Assembly: GCA_041660925.1 (NCBI GenBank)
Contig: JBAZVI010000003.1
Location: 221,832-285,831, forward strand
Source: Elusimicrobiota bacterium
Lineage (GTDB): Bacteria; Elusimicrobiota; Elusimicrobia; UBA1565
DNA: 64,000 nt
Reading direction: 5' to 3'
The notes under the pieces are model-generated. The model saw only the letters and a list, made by a program, of their open reading frames with translations, was not told the DNA's origin and did not search any database. This document shows positions 11,245 to 19,044 of this stretch, in pieces (the stretch's first letter is position 1; each line of letters begins with the position of its first letter). Position numbers and translations under genes: made by a program.

Positions 11245-13028
11245 GCGGCCTCCTTCCCCGCGCGGACGCGGGGTCTGAGCACGCGCCGGTAGCGCGTTTT
11301 GACGGCGTTGGACGGCGAGAGGAACTGGTCGGAGCCGAAGGGCTTGAAGCGGCGGGTCGCCAGGCGCACGAGGCGCGAGATGACGCCCTTGCGCGCGTGG
11401 CCGAAGACGGAGTAGAGGAACATCAGGAGCTCGATGTGGACGCTGTCCACCTCGAGGGTCGGCTGGATGCGCTCGAGCGTCTCGGTGACCGCGCGCGTCG
11501 AGTCCATGATCTGGCGGTCCTTCGCCTCCCAGGAGAGCCCCCCCACCTCGTCGAAGCGCTCGGAGTAGGCGCTGACGAACTCGTCGGCGGAGAACGGGTC
11601 GAGGGCGCCGGCCGGCGCCGGACGCAGGGACACGCCGAAGCGCCCCGGGGTGCGGTAGAGCGGCGAGCCGGGGTAGAGGTAGAAAGGGTTGAGAGAGTGC
11701 ACGTCGATGCAGTCGCGGTGCTCCTCGAGGAAGCGCACGGTGTCCGCGACGTCCGCGGGGGTCTCCGTGGGCAGGCCGCCGATGATCTCGATGTGGTTCC
11801 AGATCCCCAGCGCGTGGGAGCGGCGCAGGAAGCGCGAGGCGCGCTCGGGGGTCGTCCCCTTGCGGATGTAGCGCAGCAGGCGCGCGCTGCCCGTCTCGAG
11901 CCCGAAGGTCAGCTTCACCGCGCCCGATTCCCGCATCTTCTCGAGGAGGCGTTCGTCGAGCTGGCGGAAGTTCACGCAGTCGCACCACTGCAGGCCGAGC
12001 CGCGCGCGGACCATGCGCCCGCAGAGCTCGAGGGCGAAGTCGTAGTGGTTGTTGAAGTTCGCGTTGATGAAGTAGACGCCGGTGGCGCCCTGGTCCTTGA
12101 GCGCGCGCAGGTGCTCGACGACCTCGGCCGGGGTGCGGCGGTCGCTGCGGGTCTGGCTCGAGCAGAAGATGCACTGCCCCGCGCAGTGGGACTCGAAGCG
12201 GCTCATGAGCACGAGCTGCTCCCTGCCCCCGTGCTCGGCGAGGAGGCGGCGGAAGGCGGGGCCGGAGGCGTTGTAGCTCGCCAGGATGCGCCGCCCCGTG
12301 CGCCGGTAGAGCTCGAGCGGGTAGCCGCGGTAGTCGGGGAAGGTCAGCGGCGGATAGTGGCCCTGCATGACGCCCTTGAGGACGCGGCCCGAGGACGTAC
12401 GGCGGTAGACGTTGAAGGGCAGGCGGCGCTCGCGCTCGACGACGGCGTGCGCGAGCTGCTCGAGCTCGCGCTCTCCCTGGATGACGACGGCGTAGTCGAA
12501 GCAGGGATAGTCGCGCAGGATCTCGTAGTAGAGCTGCTTGGAGACGTCCTTGTGCCCGATGACGACCGGCTTGCCCGTGCGCCGGCGGATCTCGTCGGCG
12601 AGGAGCGCGGCCGCGTTGAGCAGGAACGGCGTCTTGAGGTCGGCCAGGGTGAGGCCGTAGAGGTCGGCCTCGGGAAGGGCGTCGCAGAGCGGCGCGAGGG
12701 CCGCGGCGGCCGCCTCGAGGGAACGGGCGCCCTTTCCCTTGAGCTTCCCGGAGAGCCACCGGGCGACCGCGTGCGGGTCGCGCAGCAGCGAGAAGTCGGT
12801 CCAGGGGTGCGCCGGCTTCACCTTGAGATGGAAGGGCACGTCGAAGTCGTGGAGCGTCGTGTCGATGCGCTTGCGGCGCAGGTGGGCCGCCAGCGTCGGG
12901 ATCGAGATGTTCGGGACGGGGAAGCACTCGTTGTTGCGCGTCTCGGCCGGCGGGACGATGAGCGCGACTCTCGCCCTGCGCGGGCGGTCCGCGGACGCTT
13001 TCTCCCGCGCCGGGCGACCGTGTGCCAT
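11241..13028 (-). CDS. B12-binding-domain radical SAM protein (595 aa)
   Basis: N-terminal B12-binding-like region (RVALIVPP..) followed by the CxxxCxxC radical SAM cluster motif (CAGQCIFCS) and a TIM-barrel-like remainder. Confidence 0.8.
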   Translation of the reverse strand: MAHGRPAREKASADRPRRARVALIVPPAETRNNECFPVPNISIPTLAAHLRRKRIDTTLHDFDVPFHLKVKPAHPWTDFSLLRDPHAVARWLSGKLKGKGARSLEAAAAALAPLCDALPEADLYGLTLADLKTPFLLNAAALLADEIRRRTGKPVVIGHKDVSKQLYYEILRDYPCFDYAVVIQGERELEQLAHAVVERERRLPFNVYRRTSSGRVLKGVMQGHYPPLTFPDYRGYPLELYRRTGRRILASYNASGPAFRRLLAEHGGREQLVLMSRFESHCAGQCIFCSSQTRSDRRTPAEVVEHLRALKDQGATGVYFINANFNNHYDFALELCGRMVRARLGLQWCDCVNFRQLDERLLEKMRESGAVKLTFGLETGSARLLRYIRKGTTPERASRFLRRSHALGIWNHIEIIGGLPTETPADVADTVRFLEEHRDCIDVHSLNPFYLYPGSPLYRTPGRFGVSLRPAPAGALDPFSADEFVSAYSERFDEVGGLSWEAKDRQIMDSTRAVTETLERIQPTLEVDSVHIELLMFLYSVFGHARKGVISRLVRLATRRFKPFGSDQFLSPSNAVKTRYRRVLRPRVRAGKEAA

Positions 13029-13261
13029 GGGCCAGATGATAGCAAACGCCCCGCCCCGCCCGAGGGCCCGCCCGATTCTCCCTCCCTCTTCGAGAGTTCG
13101 CGCTATCGGTTCCCTTACGGCGCGATCGCGGCACTATCAGCGTCTGGGTGTCGCCGAGGGTTAGGGGTGGGTAGAACGGATGGCTGTTTCGGCTGGGGTC
13201 AGCCGCCGCTGCGCGTTGCGGTGGGCGGGTGGGCGGTGGAGCCTCAAGGGTTCATGCAAGG

Positions 13262-14038
13262 CTAATGAGTATAGAAATGAGATTCGGATCCCTCTCCTAA
13301 CACACAGCCGACGCCCACATACCTCTTGCGTGCCAATTCAATTGGAGAAGTTTGCAGAGCAACATTATCTCGAGAGATGCCTCCCAGGAGCAGTGTCGCC
13401 TCATTAATCATGTTGGCGGGAATCGTGAATGTCAGGTCAAACCGAGTCCAGGGCTCGACGACAGTTGACGACACATTGAGGATGTATGTCCCATCGTTCG
13501 ATGGGGAGCAATCGGCGTTCACCCCGACAGAAGAGCCATCACCGAAGCAGGAAGCTTTGACGGATGCAGGCGCTAGAAGTCGTTCCCTGTTGATCCGTAG
13601 ACGTATCTCCTGTGGCCGCACTTTGAATTGGACGAGCGGTTTGTTTTTCCAGTAAGGCCAGTTGGTCTGCCGGAAGTCTAATGATACTTGCAGGTGTTCG
13701 TCAGAAATATCCCAATTCTTTCGATTCTTGATTGCCGAGTAGATTCCCAGGGGGTTTGGTATCAGGGCAAGCGGAAGCATGATGCATGGCCCGACGGATA
13801 GGATACTCTCGGTCACGCGTGGGTTCGCATAGACATAGAGCGGCGGATCTGTGAGCCTGACAAGAGGGCCCCATTCCTTCGGCTGGCCCTCCTTGTTTAT
13901 GTGGGAGGGGTCTGCAACCACCAAACCCTTTGAATAAGTCACATAGGCGCACGAGTTGAGGCACAAGCATGCGGCCGCGACGAGCACTGCTGACGATTTC
14001 TTGTGGATTAGCATGTAAGGTAGCAGCAATTTTGACAA
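13262..14038 (-). CDS. Hypothetical lipoprotein (lipobox LNSC) encoded in a low-GC island
   Basis: Signal peptide plus Cys lipobox; protein-like composition; local GC is far below the window average. An alternative start is at the M 8 codons downstream of the ORF start. Confidence 0.5.
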   Translation of the reverse strand: MSKLLLPYMLIHKKSSAVLVAAACLCLNSCAYVTYSKGLVVADPSHINKEGQPKEWGPLVRLTDPPLYVYANPRVTESILSVGPCIMLPLALIPNPLGIYSAIKNRKNWDISDEHLQVSLDFRQTNWPYWKNKPLVQFKVRPQEIRLRINRERLLAPASVKASCFGDGSSVGVNADCSPSNDGTYILNVSSTVVEPWTRFDLTFTIPANMINEATLLLGGISRDNVALQTSPIELARKRYVGVGCVLGEGSESHFYTH

Positions 14039-14089
14039 ATTTTGCCTGCGAAGCTATGTGCATGGTCGTATCATAAGTTCTAAAGGTTT

Positions 14090-14122
14090 GGGGGCAGGTT
14101 CGCATGCTGCGAACCTGCCCCC
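14090..14122. repeat. Perfect 15-bp stem / 3-nt loop hairpin GGGGGCAGGTTCGCA-tgc-TGCGAACCTGCCCCC
   Basis: Read directly from the sequence; no adjacent T-tract, so it is not a classic intrinsic terminator. Confidence 0.7.
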
Positions 14123-14184
14123 AGCGTCCCCGCCCCCCACCCGCCGCACCGCTTCCCGGCAGTTATAGCGGTCCCAGAAATGTC

Positions 14185-14220
14185 CGAGGGCGGGCTCGCA
14201 TCATCGCGAGCCCGCCCTCG
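14185..14220. repeat. Perfect 15-bp stem / 6-nt loop hairpin CGAGGGCGGGCTCGC-atcatc-GCGAGCCCGCCCTCG
   Basis: Read directly from the sequence; it is the second strong hairpin in the 240-bp spacer between the lipoprotein gene and glnN. Confidence 0.7.
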
Positions 14221-14260
14221 TATTAAGAACTCCTCTGCCGGGAACAGCTTATCTTCCCGA

Positions 14261-14283
14261 GCAGAATCCCGAAGGGATTCTGC
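14261..14283 (-). terminator. Hairpin GCAGAATCCC-gaa-GGGATTCTGC abutting the glnN stop codon (possible terminator or 3' stabiliser)
   Basis: 10-bp perfect inverted repeat whose last bases overlap the glnN TAG; there is no T-tract, so its function is uncertain. Confidence 0.4.
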
Positions 14284-16439
14284 TACAGGAGGTTGAGCAT
14301 GTCCCGGTACTTGGGCAGCGGCCAGTAGCGGTGCTCGACGGCCTGCTCGGTGCGGTCGCAGGCCGAGCGCATCTCCGAGAGGGTCTCGACGCCCGCGCCG
14401 GCGAAGACCTTCGCGCGCTGGACCATGTCGGTCTCGGCGCCGGCCTTCTCGAGGACCTTCTCCGCGCCGTCGGCGCCCGCGTAGAGCTCGGCGAGCAGCC
14501 CGCCGAACTCCGCGAGCTTCGCCTTGAGCTCCTTGCCGCCCTTCGCGGACTCCAGGCGCCCGGCCGCCGAGCCGTAGAGGTCGATCTGGCGCACGAGCGC
14601 GGGCGCGATGTCGGTGACGATGAGCTCGCGGAGCTGGCGCAGCTCGATCTCCTTGAGCTTCACGTAGGCCTCGAGCTTGATCTCGTGCTTAGCCTCGAGC
14701 TCGTGCTTCGAGAGGACCTTGTAGCGCTCGTAGAGCTCGACGACGGCCTTCTCGACGAAGGTCTCGAGCGCGTCCGGGGTGTTCTTGGCGTTGGGCAGGC
14801 CGCGGCGCGCCGCCTCCCTGTGCCACTCCTCGGAGTAGCCGTTGCCCTCGAAGCGGATGCGCTTGGTCTCCTTGACCAGCTCGCGCACGACGTCGAGCGC
14901 GCGCTTCGTGAAGTCCTCGTCGCCGGCGTGCTTCTCGAGCTTCTCCAGCACGCGGTCGAGACCGTCGGCGACCGCCAGGCAGAGGGCCGTGGCCGGCTCC
15001 GCGATGCTCTGCGAGGAGCCGACGGCGCGGAACTCGAACTTGTTGCCGGTGAAGGCCAGCGGCGAGGTGCGGTTGCGGTCGGAGTTGTCGAGCACGATGC
15101 TCGGCAGGCTCTTGAGGCCGTGCCCGATGGCCTCGCGCGAGGCGTCCTTGGACAGAGAGCCCTTCTCGATGTCGGTGAGGAGGCGGTCGAGGTACTCTCC
15201 GAGGTAGACGGACATGATGGCCGGCGGAGCCTCGTTGGCCCCGAGCCGGTGGTCGTTGCCCGCGTCGGCGACGGCCGCGCGCAGGAGCCCCCCGTACTTG
15301 TTCACGCCGGCGAGGAAGGCGGCCAGGTAGACGAGGAACTGGATGTTCTTCTTGGGGGCCGCGCCGGGCTCGAGGAGGTTCTGCCCCTCGCTATCCGCCA
15401 TCGACCAGTTCAGGTGCTTGCCGCTGCCGTTGATGCCCGAGAAGGGCTTCTCGTGTAGGAGCAGGGCGAAGCCGTGGTCGTCGGCCGTCTTGCGCATGAT
15501 CTCCATGAGCTGGAGGTTGTGGTCGATGGCCAGGTTCGCGGTCTCGAAGATCGGCGCGAGCTCGAACTGGTTGGGCGCGACCTCGTTGTGGCGCGTCTTG
15601 GCCGGGATGCCGCGCTCGAAGAGCGCGCGGTCGAGGTCCGTCATGAACTCGAGGACCTTGGGCTGGATGGAGCCGAAGTAGTGGTCCTCGAGCTGCTGCT
15701 GCTTGGCGGAGGCGGCGCCGAAGAGCGTGCGGCCCGCGTAGACGAGGTCCGGGCGCCGGCGGTAGAACTCCTTGCGCACGAGGAAGTACTCCTGCTCGGG
15801 TCCGATGGTCACGCGCACGTTGCGCGCGGTGCGGTTGCCGAAGAGCTTGAGGAGCTTGAAGGCGCGCTCCTCGACGACGCGCACGGCGCGCAGGAGCGGG
15901 GTCTTCATGTCGAGCGTCTCTCCGGTCCAGGAGAGATAGACCGAGGGGATGACGAGGGTCGCGCCCTTCCCGTCGCTGTTCTTAAGGAGGAAGGCCGGGG
16001 AGGTCGGGTCCCACGCGGTGTAGCCGCGGGCCTCGAAGGTCGAGCGCATGCCGCCCGAGGGGAAGGAGGAGGCGTCGGGCTCGCTCTGGATGAGCTGGCG
16101 GCCGGAGAAGCGGTCGATGGGCTGGCCGGTCTCGTCGAAGCTCAGGAAGGAGTCGTGCTTCTCGGCGGTGACGCCCCGCTGCGGCTGGAACCAGTGGCAG
16201 AAATGGGTCGCGCCCTGTGAGATGGCCCACTCCTTCATGGCGTGGGCGACCTCGTCGGCGATCTCGACCTCGAGCTTCTCGTCGTTCTCGATGACGTCGA
16301 GGATCTGCTGATAGGTGGCCTTGCTCAGGTTCCGGGCCATCGCCTTCTTGTCGAAGGTCAGGGCGCCGTAGTCCGCGAAGAGGCCTTTCGATTCTTTCAC
16401 CAGGTTGACTCCGTTTTGCGAGATTTGCGCGCTCGGCAT
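14283..16439 (-). CDS. glnN: Glutamine synthetase type III
   Basis: Its length and N-terminal sequence resemble Bacteroides GlnN (MPSAQISQ..HFCHWFQPQRGVTAEKHDSF..QSEPDASSFPSGGMRSTFEARGYTAWDP). The ORF begins at a TTG 11 codons upstream; the ATG at 16439 was chosen as the start. Confidence 0.9.
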   Translation of the reverse strand: MPSAQISQNGVNLVKESKGLFADYGALTFDKKAMARNLSKATYQQILDVIENDEKLEVEIADEVAHAMKEWAISQGATHFCHWFQPQRGVTAEKHDSFLSFDETGQPIDRFSGRQLIQSEPDASSFPSGGMRSTFEARGYTAWDPTSPAFLLKNSDGKGATLVIPSVYLSWTGETLDMKTPLLRAVRVVEERAFKLLKLFGNRTARNVRVTIGPEQEYFLVRKEFYRRRPDLVYAGRTLFGAASAKQQQLEDHYFGSIQPKVLEFMTDLDRALFERGIPAKTRHNEVAPNQFELAPIFETANLAIDHNLQLMEIMRKTADDHGFALLLHEKPFSGINGSGKHLNWSMADSEGQNLLEPGAAPKKNIQFLVYLAAFLAGVNKYGGLLRAAVADAGNDHRLGANEAPPAIMSVYLGEYLDRLLTDIEKGSLSKDASREAIGHGLKSLPSIVLDNSDRNRTSPLAFTGNKFEFRAVGSSQSIAEPATALCLAVADGLDRVLEKLEKHAGDEDFTKRALDVVRELVKETKRIRFEGNGYSEEWHREAARRGLPNAKNTPDALETFVEKAVVELYERYKVLSKHELEAKHEIKLEAYVKLKEIELRQLRELIVTDIAPALVRQIDLYGSAAGRLESAKGGKELKAKLAEFGGLLAELYAGADGAEKVLEKAGAETDMVQRAKVFAGAGVETLSEMRSACDRTEQAVEHRYWPLPKYRDMLNLL

Positions 16440-16534
16440 TGTAAAAATAGCAGAAAATGCCGAATTTCGCAATACCTAAGTCTTGTTTAGCGGAAAAATC
16501 ACATGAAGAAGCTACAAATATCGATTTAAAGCCA

Positions 16535-16572
16535 TAAAAAATCGGGCCCCCCTTGCGGGAGGCCCGGTTTTC
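16535..16572 (-). terminator. Rho-independent-like terminator (GC hairpin flanked by A/T runs) downstream of the 16637..17452 gene
   Basis: CGGGCCCCCC-ttgc-GGGAGGCCCG stem with a T-run on the minus strand (+strand aaaaaa before the stem) and tttt after it, so it may act bidirectionally. Confidence 0.5.
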
Positions 16573-16636
16573 CCTTCCCCCCTCTCCCGCCCCGCCGGGA
16601 GAGGGGTTGGGGGTGAGGGGACTGAGCGCGGAGCGC

Positions 16637-17452
16637 TCAGTCCCAGCGGATGTCGCTCTGCAGCGCCGCCATCGGCTTCTTGAGGTCCTCGCGGAAGCTG
16701 ATCTTCGACTGCTGGAGTTCCTTGAAGAGCCCGTCGCCCTGGACGAAGTAGCGGCTCGTGCCCTCGGTGTACTTCACCGCGGTCTCGATCTTCCAGGAGA
16801 GCTTCACGGTCATGCCGGCGATGGGGTCCTCGGGCTGCGCGACGTTGATGATGCTCGTCGGCGGCACCTCGGCCTTCATGGAGAACTTGTACGCCCACAG
16901 GACGTTCACCTGGAGCGGCTCGATGGTGACGTTGGTGAGGTACTTGCCCTTCCCCTTGTAGTTCCCGCCGTAGCAGCGCGTCACCTCGAAGCGCACGTCG
17001 ATGGTGTTGGCGCCGTACATGTTCTTGGCGGTGAGCTGGTAGACCCGCCCTTCCGGCGGGCGCCAGCCGCCGAGCTGCGCCCAGTGGGTGATCCCGTCGG
17101 GGACGGCCGCCGCGTAGGTCGTCTGCACGTCGACGACCGGCTTGTTGTTCTCGATGATCTGCCAGATCTGCTGTCCGATGTTGATGATCTGGCCGATGTC
17201 GATGTCGCCGCCGATGGGCGGGACGCCGCCGCCCACGGGGGGCAGGTCGCCGGGCCCGTCGGGCATCCCGCCGTGGGGATGGATGCTCGGGCCCTCATCC
17301 TTGAGGACGATGGAATTGGGGTCGATGGTATACGCCAAGGGGTCCAGTTTCGCGGCCTGGACTTCCAGGGGAGAGAACGACGGCTTCTGTGGGGTCTGCT
17401 GCGCCTGGGCGTTGACGCCGACGGCGAGCACGAATGCGAGCAGTGCCTGCAT
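16637..17452 (-). CDS. Secreted hypothetical protein (signal peptide MQALLAFVLAVGVNAQA)
   Basis: Protein-like composition (W, Y, K, N, Q-rich) and a Gly/Pro-rich linker; the competing ORFs overlapping it are low-complexity. Confidence 0.55.
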   Translation of the reverse strand: MQALLAFVLAVGVNAQAQQTPQKPSFSPLEVQAAKLDPLAYTIDPNSIVLKDEGPSIHPHGGMPDGPGDLPPVGGGVPPIGGDIDIGQIINIGQQIWQIIENNKPVVDVQTTYAAAVPDGITHWAQLGGWRPPEGRVYQLTAKNMYGANTIDVRFEVTRCYGGNYKGKGKYLTNVTIEPLQVNVLWAYKFSMKAEVPPTSIINVAQPEDPIAGMTVKLSWKIETAVKYTEGTSRYFVQGDGLFKELQQSKISFREDLKKPMAALQSDIRWD

Positions 17453-17649
17453 ACCACCTCCGTTCGGACCTCCGTCCCTTCTCGGGGTGCGAAGCGATCG
17501 GGCATCGGGCCGAAGGTCCTTATCATGTTAGCACAAGGACCTATGTTCAGGAAGGGTAAGGCGGCCCATCCATTTCTGAGCCCTAGGGCCTAGGTTGTTG
17601 AGTCCTCCCACTGCGGGGTGCTTGACCCGGGGCGACAGGAACCCTATCC

Positions 17650-19044
17650 TTGGGTGCGCGCATGATCCGGGAAGCGGACCTCCTTCAGCTCGTCCTCGCG
17701 GCCTCCGCCCTCCGGGCAGGGCTGCTGGCGTTCGCCCGGCCGCGCTTCGCCCCCAGCGCCTCTCCCCACGGCGCGCTGGCGGCCTGCGAGGAGGAACTCT
17801 TCACGCTCCGCCGGGCCTCCTCGGCGCTGTGGGCCTTCGTCCTCCTCGACTCCCTGCTGCGCACCTACGTCGCATACTGGGCGCTGCGCCCTCCGGTCTC
17901 CTGGGGGCTGCTGGCGTGGACGGCGGGCAGCGACGTCGTCCTCGCCTTCGCGGCCGCCGGGCTCCGTCGACCCGGGCGCTGCCTCGCGGCGCCGCTCCTG
18001 CATCCTCTGAGGCTCCTGGCTGCCGCGCTCTCCGGCGGGTCGGCCTTCCACGACGACGGCCGGAGCCTGCTCCTCCCTCGCGGAGGGCCTCTGCCGAGCG
18101 TCCTCCCCGCGCCGCTCGCCGACAACGGGACCTGCGCGGCGTGGCTCTCCGAGCTGACGGGCGCGGCTCCGAGCGACGTCCTCCGCGGCCTGCGCGACGA
18201 GGAGCTCTGGCCGGGCTCGCGCGTGCGCGAAGCCCTCGCGCGGCTCGGCGTCCGGCCGCACGAGCGGAGCGCGGAGCTCGAGCGCTATTGCGCGGAGACC
18301 GGAGACTTCCTTTATGAGCTCGTGCTTTGGAACCGCTGCCGCTTCAAGCTCGGGATGCGGGCGCGGATCATGGCGGCCCTCGGGACCGCGGGCCCGAAGC
18401 CGCTGCGGGTCCTCTGCTTCGGCGACGGTCTGGGAGCCGACGCCGCATGCCTGAGCGCGCTCGGGCACGCGGTGGAGCACTGGGAGCCTGCGCCGGCGTG
18501 CCGCGCCTTCGCCCGGAGGCTCTTCGCGGCCGAGGGCCGCGCGGTCCGCGTGCTGGAGCGCGAGCCCGCAGAGACGGGCGCCTACGACGCCGTCGTCTGT
18601 CTCGACGTCCTCGAGCACGTCCCCGACCCTCCGGCGCTCGCCGCGCGCTTGAGCGCGCTGTTGAGGCCCGGCGGCCGGCTCTTCGTCCACGCGCCCTTCG
18701 GCATCCTCACTCCGGAGGCGGGCACGCACCTGCGCTCCAACCGCGTCTACTTCGGGCGTCCCGAGCGCGTGTTCCCCCCGGAGCTGCGCCTCGCGGGCGG
18801 GGAGCCGCTCTTCTGGGCGCCGGTCGTCTTCGAGAAGAGTCCCGGGGCGGCCGCCCTCCCTCCCGCCTTCCGCGCGAGCGCGCTTCTCATGCGCTGCGGC
18901 GTCTACGCTTTCGCGTGGAGGATGCTCGTCGAGGTCCCCGTCCGCTGGGCCAACCTCATCTCCCTGAGCGCGTTGCGCCGTACCTTCTTCGAGGCCTCGC
19001 GGCTGGCGCCGTTTTGCTCCTCGGACGGGGAGGTCCGTCCGTGA
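17650..19044 (+). CDS. Membrane-anchored class I SAM-dependent methyltransferase; the N-terminal TM region is paralogous to a segment of the downstream GT21-Lnt protein
   Basis: C-terminal Rossmann MTase motifs (LRVLCFGDGLGADA .. DAVVCLDVLEHVPDP .. LLRPGGRLFVHAP). An upstream TTGACC-N17-TATCCT promoter-like sequence is present. Stop overlaps the next gene start (GTGA). Confidence 0.6.
   Translation: MGARMIREADLLQLVLAASALRAGLLAFARPRFAPSASPHGALAACEEELFTLRRASSALWAFVLLDSLLRTYVAYWALRPPVSWGLLAWTAGSDVVLAFAAAGLRRPGRCLAAPLLHPLRLLAAALSGGSAFHDDGRSLLLPRGGPLPSVLPAPLADNGTCAAWLSELTGAAPSDVLRGLRDEELWPGSRVREALARLGVRPHERSAELERYCAETGDFLYELVLWNRCRFKLGMRARIMAALGTAGPKPLRVLCFGDGLGADAACLSALGHAVEHWEPAPACRAFARRLFAAEGRAVRVLEREPAETGAYDAVVCLDVLEHVPDPPALAARLSALLRPGGRLFVHAPFGILTPEAGTHLRSNRVYFGRPERVFPPELRLAGGEPLFWAPVVFEKSPGAAALPPAFRASALLMRCGVYAFAWRMLVEVPVRWANLISLSALRRTFFEASRLAPFCSSDGEVRP

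Noticed and set aside
14090-14220. Interpreting the two 15-bp perfect hairpins as intrinsic terminators
   Set aside because: Neither is followed by a T-tract on either strand; they are more likely REP-like or insertion-boundary structures
18327-19040. Upstream portion of the 1140-aa ORF 18327..21749
   Set aside because: It overlaps the methyltransferase gene in another frame and is R/P/G-rich; a GTG at 19041 overlapping the upstream stop gives a sensible start
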